From: Nitrospiraceae bacterium
GTDB taxonomy: Bacteria; Nitrospirota; Nitrospiria; Nitrospirales; Nitrospiraceae
Assembly: GCA_050246315.1 (NCBI GenBank)
Contig: JBFWWG010000004.1
Location: forward strand, 96,001 to 160,000
Direction: 5' to 3'
Length of the DNA stretch: 64,000 nucleotides
Shown here: one piece after another, positions 19,291-28,950 of the stretch
How the letters are laid out: every line of letters starts with the position of its first letter
Numbering within the stretch: position 1 is the stretch's first letter
Program-made: the position numbers and the translations under genes
Notes under the pieces: model-generated
What the model saw: only the letters and a program-made list of their open reading frames with translations
Told to the model about the DNA's origin: nothing
Database searches by the model: none

Positions 19291-20082
19291 CTACTCCCCC
19301 ACCCGCACCAATAGGCCCTTCTCCTTGCAGACTTCAAACGTCCAATGAAACACCGCAATGACCACAGCCAAGTACAAGAGGTTGAGCCCGATGGCCCAGG
19401 TCAGGTGGGAGGCGGAGAGGATGCCGTCCCTCAAGACTCCCCGCATGCCCTCAAAAATATGAGCTGCAGGATTCATCCACGCGATGCCCTGTAACCAGGC
19501 GGGCAGCACGTCGAGCGGATAGAACACGCAGGAAATCGGCTGAAACAGGAACACCATGCTCCACGCCAGCACTTCCGCTTCGTGGCCGAATCGCAAGATC
19601 AACGAGGTCGTGAAGACGCCGATCGTCCAGCCGGTGACCACGAGGTTGAGGACGAAGGGAATGAGCGCCAGACCGATGACAAACACGTTATACGAATAAA
19701 ACGCGTAGGCGCAGAGCGTCATCACGCAGGCGACGGCCGCCACTTTGAAGATGCTCATCGCCATGGTCGAGGCGAGAAACTCGCTGGGCTTCAAGGGACT
19801 GGCGAACAGGTTCAAGAGATTGCGGGCCCAGATCTCTTCGAGAAAGGTGATCGTGATCCCTTGCTGCGCTCGAAACAACACATCCCACAGAATGAGGGCG
19901 CCCAGGAAGAACGTTACCAGCCCCGGCACCTGTCCTTCATGCCTCATGAGGTAGACAGTGATGAATCCCCAGATGACCAGGTCCAGCAGCGGCCAGTAGA
20001 AAATCTCCATGATCCGAGGCAGACTGCGCTTGTAGAGATACAAATGCCGGCTCAGAAGCGCGATGACCCGATGCCACTTCAT
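19291..20082 (-). CDS. ABC-2 type exporter permease
   Basis: About six TM segments; VFYPLDVLPAWLQ...NPAAHIFEGMR. Confidence 0.9.
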   Translation of the reverse strand: MKWHRVIALLSRHLYLYKRSLPRIMEIFYWPLLDLVIWGFITVYLMRHEGQVPGLVTFFLGALILWDVLFRAQQGITITFLEEIWARNLLNLFASPLKPSEFLASTMAMSIFKVAAVACVMTLCAYAFYSYNVFVIGLALIPFVLNLVVTGWTIGVFTTSLILRFGHEAEVLAWSMVFLFQPISCVFYPLDVLPAWLQGIAWMNPAAHIFEGMRGVLRDGILSASHLTWAIGLNLLYLAVVIAVFHWTFEVCKEKGLLVRVGE

Positions 20083-20813
20083 CAGGGTTGCTCCCTCGCC
20101 AAACGGAGAAAGACCTCTTCGAGATCCCGGTCCCCGAACCGTGCGGTAATTTCGCCCGCGGTGCCTTCCGCGACGATCTTGCCGCGCTGCAGAAAGATGA
20201 TGCGGTCGGACATCTCTTCCATCTCGCGCATGTTGTGAGAGGTGTACAACATGCTCAACCCCGTCGACCGGCGGACATCCTGAAGCAACGCGCGGATCTT
20301 GTGGGCAATGTCGGGATCGAGGCTGGCCGTCGGCTCGTCCAGAAACAGGACTTTGGGTTCGGTCAAGATGGCCTTGGCGAGGGTCAAGCGGGTCATCTGT
20401 CCGGACGAGAGTTTGCGGGTCAGCTTATGACGCATCTCTTCCATCTCCAACTGCTTCGTCACCTCATCGAGACGTTGTTCCACATGTGCGAGGCCGTACA
20501 ATCGGGCGACCACGCGCAGATTCTCTTCCACGGTCAGGGAATAGGGCATCGAAATGTAGGTGGAGGAAAAATTGACCTGCTGCATGATCGCCTCGCGATG
20601 TGACGCGAGGTCGAGCCCGAACATGCGGATCGTGCCGCTCGTCGGGGTGATCAAACCCAACAACATCTGGATGGTCGTCGTCTTGCCGGCTCCATTCGGC
20701 CCCAGCAAACCCAGAATCTCGCCGGGTTGAATATCGAACGAGATATCGTTCACGGCGACGAAGTCGCCGAACCGCTTCGTGAGACGGCACACCTGGACGA
20801 TCGGCGTCATCAT
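20082..20813 (-). CDS. ABC exporter ATP-binding protein
   Basis: GPNGAGKTT, LSSGQ, LFLDEPT and SHNM motifs. Confidence 0.95.
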   Translation of the reverse strand: MMTPIVQVCRLTKRFGDFVAVNDISFDIQPGEILGLLGPNGAGKTTTIQMLLGLITPTSGTIRMFGLDLASHREAIMQQVNFSSTYISMPYSLTVEENLRVVARLYGLAHVEQRLDEVTKQLEMEEMRHKLTRKLSSGQMTRLTLAKAILTEPKVLFLDEPTASLDPDIAHKIRALLQDVRRSTGLSMLYTSHNMREMEEMSDRIIFLQRGKIVAEGTAGEITARFGDRDLEEVFLRLAREQP

Positions 20814-20839
20814 AATAAGGCATCGCGGGATCGGCCCGC

Positions 20840-21544
20840 CTAGAACAACAGATCTTGGACTTTTTCAGGCAGGTGGCAGGTCTCGCACTTCCGGCTCAGC
20901 ACCGCGCCGTCGTGCTCGGCCTTCCCATCGTGACAACGGAAGCAGTCCGCCATCGCCTTCCTATAGAGGACACTACCTCGGGGATGCCGTGGCTCGTTCA
21001 GTTTGCCGTCGGCCTCCACATGTCCGCGGGGAACGATAATCGGGTACCCCTTGATGGGCTCTCCATGCACCACCCGCGAATGGCAGGTGACACAGCCCTC
21101 CCCTTTCTCGCGCTTGTCGAACGCCTTCATGTGTTTCCGATGGCTCATCACCAATCCCACTTCCTTGACCGGAGAAGGCAGATCGCGCGGCGCAACTTCC
21201 GAGACTCGCAAAATCTCGCGATGGCACCCCAAGCACAGTTCGGAATGCACAGTCGCGTCCAGCTCATGCGGCGCGGTGGGCCTGCCGAACCAGGTAATCA
21301 GCACATCCTTCGTCCCGGCATAGGCCTTGTCACGCAACCATCCTATCGGCGTGCTCCGCACATGGCAGTCCACGCACGACACCTCCTTGTGCGAGGATCT
21401 GGCCCAGCTCTCGTAGGAGGGCGCGATGGTATGACAGGACGCGCAGAATTCCGGCTGGTTCGTAAGGTGTAGCCCGCCGCCGCCGAGGGCCCCGGCCCCG
21501 GCCACGATGGCCAGGACGACCCAGGGAGAGTATTTATGTCTCAT
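20840..21544 (-). CDS. Membrane-anchored hexaheme cytochrome c, NapC/NirT-like N-terminus
   Basis: N-terminal TM helix; TNQPEFCASCH; six CxxCH motifs (CASCH, CVDCH, CLGCH, CVTCH, CFRCH, CETCH). Confidence 0.9.
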   Translation of the reverse strand: MRHKYSPWVVLAIVAGAGALGGGGLHLTNQPEFCASCHTIAPSYESWARSSHKEVSCVDCHVRSTPIGWLRDKAYAGTKDVLITWFGRPTAPHELDATVHSELCLGCHREILRVSEVAPRDLPSPVKEVGLVMSHRKHMKAFDKREKGEGCVTCHSRVVHGEPIKGYPIIVPRGHVEADGKLNEPRHPRGSVLYRKAMADCFRCHDGKAEHDGAVLSRKCETCHLPEKVQDLLF

Positions 21545-22043
21545 TCCGCGGACGTCGAGGAAAATGGGAGATGATCAGTCGGGCCACCGCGGGGATATCG
21601 TCCGCATCGAGCACGGGGACGGAGACCGTGACCGGCTTATTCGAGACAACCGCCAGCAGCCCTTCCGGAGAGACCGATACTTCCCCCGGCTGATCCCTGA
21701 CCACTAGAATCTTGGGATACCCGTCGCTCTTCCACCCTTCGGCGATGATCAGGTCCGTATCCTCGTCCAGAAACCGATCCCGCACGTCTTCCGGTTTGAC
21801 TTCATCGGACACGTCGGCAAACATGGCTAGACTTCCCTTGGAGAGCACCACCACCGCGCTGGCCCCCGCGCGTTTGTGACGCCAACTGTCCTTGCCTTCC
21901 GTATCGAGGTCGAACCCGTGGCCGGCATGCTTCACCGTCGCCACCTTGTAGCCGGCACGGACCAGTTCAGGAATGATCCGTTCGATGACGGTCGTCTTCC
22001 CGCTATTCGAGCGTCCGACGAAGCAGACCACCGGGATTGCCAT
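21534..22043 (-). CDS. mobB: Molybdopterin-guanine dinucleotide biosynthesis protein B
   Basis: VGRSNSGKTT, VKHAGHGFDLDTEGKDSWRH, IAEGWK. Confidence 0.95.
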   Translation of the reverse strand: MAIPVVCFVGRSNSGKTTVIERIIPELVRAGYKVATVKHAGHGFDLDTEGKDSWRHKRAGASAVVVLSKGSLAMFADVSDEVKPEDVRDRFLDEDTDLIIAEGWKSDGYPKILVVRDQPGEVSVSPEGLLAVVSNKPVTVSVPVLDADDIPAVARLIISHFPRRPRNET

Positions 22044-22064
22044 GGCGCGCGCTCCTTTACCCTA

Positions 22065-23345
22065 TCAGCAACAGGACTGCCGGTGGCCTGTCGACGGCTG
22101 GCACCCAACTTCATGCGTCCAGAGGGGCCCGCTAAGGACCTGGACGCTTACCCAATCGCCGGGGTTCACCCGCTCCACTTCGGCAGGCACATCGATCAGG
22201 CAATTGGCCCTCACCATCGACGTCAAGATCCCGGAGCCTTGGTCGCCCGTCGTCCTGACGTGAAACACATCTTGCTCTCTGGTGAGAATCCCTCGTAAGA
22301 AATGCCGGCGATCGCTTCGCTTGGAAAATTGTTCCTGAAACTGCGCCCGGATGACCGGACGTCCGTAGCTGCGATGGCCGCCCATCCTCAGCATGGCCGG
22401 GCGCACCAATTGCTCGAACGTCACCATGGAGGACACAGGATTGCCGGGAAGCCCGAAGGCCAATTTTCCCTGAATCTTCCCGAAGGCCAACGGCTGGCCC
22501 GGTCTGATGGCCAGCTTCCAGAAATGCATCTCGGCCCCGAGGTCCCGGAACACCGCCTTCGTAAAATCATAGTCGCCCATCGATACTCCGCCCGAGAGTA
22601 CGAGAATGTCGGCGTTGATCCCATGGGAAATCTTCTCGGTCAGCGCCGCCGGATTGTCCCTGGCGATACCCAACAGGATCGGCACGCCTCCGGCTTCCTG
22701 CACCGCCGCGGCGATCCCGTAGCTGTTGGAATTGATGATCTTGTCCTCGCTGAACCGTTCGTCAAGGTCCGCCAGCTCGTCTCCGGTTGAGAGAATCGCA
22801 ACCCGCGGCCGTTGATAGACCAGCACGAGGGACCGCGCCAGGATGGCCAGCATGCCGGCCTCACCCGGTCGGATCGCCATGCCTTGGGAGATGATGCACT
22901 CCCCTTTCTTCACATCCTCGCCCTGAGGTCGGATATTCGCGCCTCGCGGCTCCACCTTGAACACACGCACCGAGTCGGGCGTGTGTTCGGTGTCTTCCAC
23001 CTTGATGACGGTATCGGCTCCGCTCGGGACCGGTGCCCCGGTCATGATTCGGATGGCCTGTCGAGGCCCAACGCACTTGGACGGCATCTTGCCGGCCGGC
23101 ACGTCCTCAACAATCGTCAATTCCACCGGTTTGGTGATCGCATGATCCTGCTTGATGTCGTCCCATCGAACCGCAAATCCATCCATCGCAGAATTGTCCC
23201 ACGGCGGGTTGTCCCGCTGCGCGACGATGTCCTCACCGAGCACACGCCCCAACGTATCCAAGATCGGAATCTTCTCCAATCCAAGCGGGCGGGCCGCCTC
23301 AAGTACGATCCGTTGGGCTTCCTCTAAGGGCGTCAGACCTTGCAT
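22065..23345 (-). CDS. moeA: Molybdopterin molybdotransferase
   Basis: SAMDGFA, IMTGAPVP, STGDEL, SGGVSMGDYD, LPGNPVS. Confidence 0.95.
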   Translation of the reverse strand: MQGLTPLEEAQRIVLEAARPLGLEKIPILDTLGRVLGEDIVAQRDNPPWDNSAMDGFAVRWDDIKQDHAITKPVELTIVEDVPAGKMPSKCVGPRQAIRIMTGAPVPSGADTVIKVEDTEHTPDSVRVFKVEPRGANIRPQGEDVKKGECIISQGMAIRPGEAGMLAILARSLVLVYQRPRVAILSTGDELADLDERFSEDKIINSNSYGIAAAVQEAGGVPILLGIARDNPAALTEKISHGINADILVLSGGVSMGDYDFTKAVFRDLGAEMHFWKLAIRPGQPLAFGKIQGKLAFGLPGNPVSSMVTFEQLVRPAMLRMGGHRSYGRPVIRAQFQEQFSKRSDRRHFLRGILTREQDVFHVRTTGDQGSGILTSMVRANCLIDVPAEVERVNPGDWVSVQVLSGPLWTHEVGCQPSTGHRQSCC

Positions 23346-23369
23346 AGGGCCGTTTTCTCCGTCTTCACG

Positions 23370-24323
23370 TCAGTGCTGGTGCCGCGGCGCGATATTGACC
23401 AGCGACCCGGCCTTCTTGCAAAACGCCTCCACCTTGTTCGCAATGCCGTGGAACGCGTCGGCGGTGGCGGTGTCGGAATAGAACATGGCGAAAGGTTCCC
23501 CTGCATCCGATTGCGTAACGACATCAGGGTCCAGGGGAATGCGCCCGAGGAAGGGCACGCCCATGTCGAGGGCGGAAGCTTCTCCTCCTCCTTTACGAAA
23601 GACCTCGATGTGGTGATGGCAATGCGGGCATTCGAGCCCGCTCATGTTTTCAACGATGCCGATGATCGGCACCTCACTGTCACGGCAGAACGTGACGGAT
23701 TTGCGGGAATCCAAGAGCGCCACTTCCTGCGGCGTGGTCACGATCACGGCTCCACTCACGCCGCCGAGCAGATCAATCGTCGTCACCGACTCGTTCCCCG
23801 TCCCAGGCGGCAGATCAATCAACAGAAAGTTGAGGTCCTGCCATTCAACGCCTCCGAGCAACTGATTGATAAACTCATACTTGTACGCGTCGCGCCAAAT
23901 GATGGGATCGTCGGAATTCTGGAGGAGGAACGACATCGACGCGATCTTCAGGTTGTAGGCCTGAAAGGGAATGATCCCGCCGGATGTGCTGATTTTAAGC
24001 TTCTGCCCTTCCGCGCCCACCATCTTGGGAATGTTCGGCCCGTGAATGTCCAAATCGCAGACCCCGACGTGCCACCCCTTCAAAGCCAGGCTGACGGCCA
24101 GATTGGTCGTGACGGTACTCTTCCCGACCCCGCCCTTATTGCTCATGACGAGAACTTTGTATTCGATGCGTTCCATCCGCTTGGAGACAAGCCAGCGACT
24201 GTGGCCTTCCTTGTCCTTTTGACACCGTTCGGTTTCGTCGCAGATGGCACAGGCCCAGAGATAGGTGCACACGTCGCCGCTGCCCGACCCCGGCGTGTTG
24301 ATGATATTCAATTCCTTCGGCAT
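23370..24323 (-). CDS. mrp: Mrp/ApbC/Nbp35 Fe-S cluster carrier ATPase
   Basis: KGGVGKST, DLDIHGPNIP, DLPPGTG, VTTPQ, ENMS...CPHC. Confidence 0.93.
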   Translation of the reverse strand: MPKELNIINTPGSGSGDVCTYLWACAICDETERCQKDKEGHSRWLVSKRMERIEYKVLVMSNKGGVGKSTVTTNLAVSLALKGWHVGVCDLDIHGPNIPKMVGAEGQKLKISTSGGIIPFQAYNLKIASMSFLLQNSDDPIIWRDAYKYEFINQLLGGVEWQDLNFLLIDLPPGTGNESVTTIDLLGGVSGAVIVTTPQEVALLDSRKSVTFCRDSEVPIIGIVENMSGLECPHCHHHIEVFRKGGGEASALDMGVPFLGRIPLDPDVVTQSDAGEPFAMFYSDTATADAFHGIANKVEAFCKKAGSLVNIAPRHQH

Positions 24324-24381
24324 GATGCGTCCTCTATAGATGACTGCGATGCATGACTGCCCTCATCGAGCGCGGACCGGC

Positions 24382-24870
24382 TCAGCGTCGGTGGCTCGCT
24401 GCCTGCTTGTGGATTTTCCCTACCGTATGTTCGAGAATCGGCAAGATCACGCCCAGGTTGTCTTTCGCTCCCCGTGAGCTGCCGGGCAGGTTGACGATCA
24501 AGGTACCGCCTCGGATTCCTGCGGTTCCCCGGGATAGCATCGCGGTTTTGACTTTTTTGACGCTCTCTTGTCGCATCGCCTCGCCGATCCCAGGAACCTC
24601 CTTTTCGACGACGTCCCTGGTGGCTTCCGGCGCCCAGTCCGTAGGGCGCACTCCGGTTCCTCCGATTGTCAGGATCAGGTCGGTCCGCCCTGCATCCGCC
24701 ACCGCAGCGAGTCGCTCGGCAACCGCTCGTCGGTCGTCCGCCACGATGTCATAGGAATTCACCCTCCCCGGAATCTCCGCTACCATCTGCTCCAACGCAA
24801 CGCGGCCCGTGTCCTCTTCGGTCCCGGAGACGATCTTGCTGCTGATCACGATCACGGCCACCTGAAGCAT
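24382..24870 (-). CDS. MogA/MoaB molybdopterin adenylyltransferase
   Basis: TIGGTGVRPTDWAPEAT, SRGTAG, NLPGS. Confidence 0.92.
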   Translation of the reverse strand: MLQVAVIVISSKIVSGTEEDTGRVALEQMVAEIPGRVNSYDIVADDRRAVAERLAAVADAGRTDLILTIGGTGVRPTDWAPEATRDVVEKEVPGIGEAMRQESVKKVKTAMLSRGTAGIRGGTLIVNLPGSSRGAKDNLGVILPILEHTVGKIHKQAASHRR

Positions 24871-24876
24871 GGGGGG

Positions 24877-25851
24877 TCATGAGCGTCCGATGCCGCTGGG
24901 AACGGCCACATACTCGTCTTCCGACTTTCCGCCTGGTCTGGCCATCTTGGGTCCGCCTTGCCCATGGGCCGCCGCCGGCACGCCTCCGGACGGCTCTGCG
25001 TCCTGGGCCGCTTCCATCCGTTTCTTTTTATTGAAGAACCCGGCGCTGACAATCCCGACCTCATAAAAGACGTACATCGGGACCGCCATCAGACATTGAT
25101 TGAAGGGGTCCGGAGTGGGAGTGAGGATCGCCGCGAAGATGAATGCGGCCAGAAATGCCCACTTGCGGTAGCGCTTCAAGAAGGGCGCATCGACCCACCC
25201 CAGCTTTGCCATCAACGTGATGGCAAGCGGTACCTCGAAGATCATGCCGAACACCAGCAGGAACCAGAGGGCAAACCCTACGTATTGGGCAATCGAGAGC
25301 TGAGGGATGAATCCGGCGTTCACGCCATAGGAAATCAGGAAGTTCAACGCAAACGGCAGCACGAAGAAGAACGAAAACAGGACTCCCGCATAGAACGCCA
25401 GCGAGCTCAGCAGCACGAAGGGCCCCACAAACCGCCGTTCCTGCGCATGCAGGCCCGGGACCGTGAACTGCCAGAGCTCGAAGAGGATGTAGGGCGCCGC
25501 CAGGACGACCGCGAAAAGTCCGGCCACCTTGACGTTCTGCCACAGCGCCTCCGCCGGGGCGAGAAAGACGAAAGGGACAGCCGGCAGATCAGTGGGTACC
25601 CACTCCAGCGTCCGAGGCACAAACATGTTCTGGAGCGGCACCCTGATCCATTTCACGAGCGTGTCCGCATAGAAGAAGGTGACGACGAACACCACCCCGG
25701 TCACCAATACGGCCCGGGTCAGCCGCGCCTGGAGCTCCACCAGGTGCTCCATGACCGGCATTTTCTTGTCTTCCAGAGGACGGAAGACCGAATCCTGAAG
25801 CCATTCCCACACCTTGGAGGGCTTCTTGTCTTGTGCCTTGTCTTGCGCCAT
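24877..25851 (-). CDS. tatC: Twin-arginine translocase subunit C
   Basis: MPVMEHLVELQARL, WQFTVPGL, FEVP, AAILTPTPD. Confidence 0.95.
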   Translation of the reverse strand: MAQDKAQDKKPSKVWEWLQDSVFRPLEDKKMPVMEHLVELQARLTRAVLVTGVVFVVTFFYADTLVKWIRVPLQNMFVPRTLEWVPTDLPAVPFVFLAPAEALWQNVKVAGLFAVVLAAPYILFELWQFTVPGLHAQERRFVGPFVLLSSLAFYAGVLFSFFFVLPFALNFLISYGVNAGFIPQLSIAQYVGFALWFLLVFGMIFEVPLAITLMAKLGWVDAPFLKRYRKWAFLAAFIFAAILTPTPDPFNQCLMAVPMYVFYEVGIVSAGFFNKKKRMEAAQDAEPSGGVPAAAHGQGGPKMARPGGKSEDEYVAVPSGIGRS

Positions 25852-25892
25852 AACAGCTACATGCGACGGCCTCGATCAGGAAAATGACGCGC

Positions 25893-27413
25893 TTACTTCG
25901 GGTTTACGGCGACGAACAGTGTGTTTCCCTGCCGGCTCAACAACAGGACAACCGGCTCATCCTTCTTGACCTTGGCCGACGCCTTACCATAGTCCTCGAC
26001 GGTTTTTATCGGCTCCCGATTCACTTCCTGGATCACATCGCCCCGTTGCAAACCCGCCGCTTCCGCCGCCGTCCCTGATTCGACCGAGCTGATCAAGACG
26101 CCGGCGGTCTTCGCAGAAAGGTTAAACTGATTGAGCATCGCGGCATCCAGCGGCTGCACGCGCAGCGCCGCCAGCACGTTGTCGGGCAGCTTCGCCGGTT
26201 CCGGGGCTGCCGGAGGGGCCGGCTCTCTCCGCGCCAGCATTTCATCCGAGGGCCGCTCGGCGACCTTGACGTTGAGCACCTGCTCCTTTCCGTCCCTCAA
26301 AATCTTGATCTCGGCATCCCGCCCCACGATCGTTCGGGCGACCAGGTTTCGAAGCTGACTCACACTCTGCACCTCTTTTCCATTGAATGCCACGACGACA
26401 TCGCCGCGCTTGATGCCGGCCGCGAAAGACGGCCCATTCTCGTTCACGTCGCTGATCAGCACTCCTTTGCGATTCTCCGGAATCTTGAACGACTTGGCCA
26501 ATGCCGGCGTGATTTCTTGGATGGCGACTCCCATCCAACCTCGCACCACCTTGCCGGAACGCGCCAAACTGTCCACGATATCAACCGCGATCGTGCTCGG
26601 AATGGCAAACCCGATTCCCTCGGAACCGCCGGTGCGTGAGAAGATCGCGGTGTTGATGCCGATCAACTCCCCCTCCATATTCACCAGGGCGCCCCCGGAG
26701 TTGCCGGGATTGATCGCGGCATCGGTCTGGATAAAATCCTCGTAATCCGCGATACCGACGTTGCCGCGACCCAACGCACTGATGATGCCCAGCGTGACGG
26801 TGCTGCTCAATCCGAAGGGGCTCCCGACAGCCAGCACGACGTCTCCGACCTGCAACTTGTCATAATCCGCCCATTTCAAAGGCATCGGCAAATTGGTCGC
26901 CTCGATCTTGATGACGGCCAGATCGGACTTTGGATCGGTCCCGATCACCTTCCCCGGAAACTCACGCTTGTCGCTCAACGTGACCGTAATTTGCGAGGCG
27001 TTTTCCACCACATGGTTGTTGGTGACAATATGCCCGGCCGCATCAATGATGACGCCGGACCCTGCGCTCTGCTCCGGCCGGCCGTGGGGACCTGGAGTGG
27101 GCGGACCGGGCGGTTCCATTCCTGGCGGCTCTTCTCCGGGCGGTCCCCCCGGAGGTCCGCCGAATGGGCCAGGCGGAATCTGCCGGCGCCCTTCTCGCCG
27201 CCCTTCTCCCCCAGTCACCGCAATGTTGACGACCGCCGGGGTCACCTTTCTGACGATTTCGGAAAACCCTTGGGAGAACGCGGCGGGCACGGCGGCCTGT
27301 CCGGTCGGAACCCCAATGGTTCCGAATCCCGTTATGAGCACTAGCCCCGCCAGAGCCACCCCGCCAACCCACCATCCGATCATTCCCCTCGTTGCCGTCC
27401 GTCCAATCTTCAT
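25893..27413 (-). CDS. DegP/DegQ (HtrA) serine protease with two PDZ domains
   Basis: [30 protein letters not shown] 27413 after GGGAGG. Confidence 0.95.
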   Translation of the reverse strand: MKIGRTATRGMIGWWVGGVALAGLVLITGFGTIGVPTGQAAVPAAFSQGFSEIVRKVTPAVVNIAVTGGEGRREGRRQIPPGPFGGPPGGPPGEEPPGMEPPGPPTPGPHGRPEQSAGSGVIIDAAGHIVTNNHVVENASQITVTLSDKREFPGKVIGTDPKSDLAVIKIEATNLPMPLKWADYDKLQVGDVVLAVGSPFGLSSTVTLGIISALGRGNVGIADYEDFIQTDAAINPGNSGGALVNMEGELIGINTAIFSRTGGSEGIGFAIPSTIAVDIVDSLARSGKVVRGWMGVAIQEITPALAKSFKIPENRKGVLISDVNENGPSFAAGIKRGDVVVAFNGKEVQSVSQLRNLVARTIVGRDAEIKILRDGKEQVLNVKVAERPSDEMLARREPAPPAAPEPAKLPDNVLAALRVQPLDAAMLNQFNLSAKTAGVLISSVESGTAAEAAGLQRGDVIQEVNREPIKTVEDYGKASAKVKKDEPVVLLLSRQGNTLFVAVNPK

Positions 27414-27527
27414 TGGTCCTCCCATAACGTGTGAACCATTCGCCCCAGAGACAACCCTTCGACTCGACGCCGAGCCCGCGCAACCGCGGACGAGCATACC
27501 CCTTCAAGGGTGGTATGAGGTCAACGC

Positions 27528-27557
27528 ATTCTACAACAAGAGAAAAGTCCTCTTCAA
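27528..27557 (-). promoter_or_regulatory. Candidate sigma70 promoter TTGAAG-N18-TAGAAT for the degQ-tatC-Moco cluster
   Basis: Hexamer matches; direct repeat GAAAAGTCC at 27542-27550 and 27562-27570 flanks the -35. Confidence 0.45.
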
Positions 27558-27871
27558 AGAGGAAAAGTCCGTACGTTGACGGTGGTCGCTGCCAAGACAG
27601 GACGATGCTGAGCGAAACCGTCGTCGGTCGTCGTCAGACCCCGCTAGCGCAAGGCTACGGCTGCTTCGGGACGGTGTGAGGGAGGAGGCGAAAATCGCGG
27701 AGGGGAGTGCAGCATGGGAGCGGCGCGTTCCAAGTGCCGCGATTTCTGGGTCTGACCGAGGTCCTCTCTGGACTTTGCGCAACGGACTGCCCGTAAGGCC
27801 GTACCCCTCGTCCGCACCGCTAAAGCCGGCGGAAGGATTAAGATGGGAGGGTTTTTGATCACCTAACCGGA

Positions 27872-28669
27872 TCAGACCTTGACCAGGATGCCGTGGTGCC
27901 CCATAGGAACTCTGGAAAAACGATCGGGAGGCAGCACCGCCGAAGCCGACAATGTCTGCGAACCTGATAGGTGCGAAGGTGGCGCCATCAAGGTGCGGGA
28001 GTAGAGCGCCGCCGCCTGGCTGCGGCGGGAAATATTCAGCTTCTTATACATGCTCACCAGGTAGTTTTTGACCGTCTTGTCGCTGAGCTTCATCTCCCGC
28101 GCAATTTCTTTGTTGGTGAGCCCCTGGGCAACCAGCGGGAGCAACCGCCTCTCCTGAGCCGATAACGGGGTACGTCGCCTTCCTGATTCTCTGGTTTCAC
28201 GGATCATGCCGAACAATGTGCCGGTCAACCGAGGATCGATGATACTGTCGCCTGAAGCAACGATTCGAACTGCGCGGACCAATTCTTCGGATGAGATATT
28301 CTTCAGCAGGCAGCCGTGTATACCGGCCCGCACGATCGCCGCCAAGGTCGCTTCCTCAAACGTAAGGGCAAAAAATAAGATCCTCGTCCCGGGATGGCGG
28401 GTGAGCGTGTCATTGACCTCGTCGAGCAATCCCGGGTGGGACACCGAAATGTCCATAATGACAACATCGGGATGGAGACGAGCGAGTTTGGGGACAGCCT
28501 CCTCCCAAGTAACCGCCTCATCCGACACGACAATGTCCTGATATCGGTCGAACACGCTGCGCATGCCGATCCGTTCAAGTTCCAACGGATCGACGATGAG
28601 GATTTTGACCCGTTTCAGGCCGTCGACATCCCTGTCATCTGCCGGGGCATGGTGAAGACGTGTGCGCAT
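27872..28669 (-). CDS. NarL/LuxR-family response regulator
   Basis: Receiver domain (PDVVIMD, LLKN) plus HTH LSAQERRLL...GLTNKEIA...TVKNY; AAGGAG RBS before ATG 28669. Confidence 0.9.
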   Translation of the reverse strand: MRTRLHHAPADDRDVDGLKRVKILIVDPLELERIGMRSVFDRYQDIVVSDEAVTWEEAVPKLARLHPDVVIMDISVSHPGLLDEVNDTLTRHPGTRILFFALTFEEATLAAIVRAGIHGCLLKNISSEELVRAVRIVASGDSIIDPRLTGTLFGMIRETRESGRRRTPLSAQERRLLPLVAQGLTNKEIAREMKLSDKTVKNYLVSMYKKLNISRRSQAAALYSRTLMAPPSHLSGSQTLSASAVLPPDRFSRVPMGHHGILVKV

Positions 28670-28706
28670 AGGACTCCTTCCTGGTTCCTCAAACTGAGTC
28701 TGCTTA

Positions 28707-28722
28707 AGCATATGTCATGCCA
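28707..28722 (-). promoter_or_regulatory. sigma54 -24/-12 promoter TGGCAT-GACAT-ATGCT
   Basis: GG-N10-GC spacing about 40 nt upstream of ATG 28669; AT-rich, IHF-like TATCAAATTCTTC further upstream (28780-28768). Confidence 0.6.
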
Positions 28723-28869
28723 CAACCTCAATCGATTTCGCGAGATTTTTCATCAAATGAGACATCGGAAGAATTTGATATTTCACGCTTTCTGTATGCG
28801 TCGCGACAGCCCAAACTCTTGGGTTGGGCGAATAGCTTGGTGAACCTGGGGCAAAAACCCTTATGCTAT

Positions 28870-28895
28870 GGTGCGGCCACCATGGTGGCCGCACC
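28870..28895. repeat. Perfect 26-bp palindrome GGTGCGGCCACCATGGTGGCCGCACC
   Basis: Identical to its reverse complement; intergenic between the two regulator genes. Confidence 0.85.
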
Positions 28896-28950
28896 CTCAC
28901 TTGTCACATTCATATCCACTCCCCAGCCACGACTGAAGATGAGAACCTCG

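Noticed and set aside
27559..27570. GAGGAAAAGTCC resembling the RNase P RNA GAGGAAAGTCC motif
   Set aside because: Has an extra A and no matching 3' AAACCCGGCTTA-like element.
27413..27870. Moco riboswitch upstream of the Moco genes
   Set aside because: No recognisable match to the motif; kept only as a generic structured-RNA candidate.
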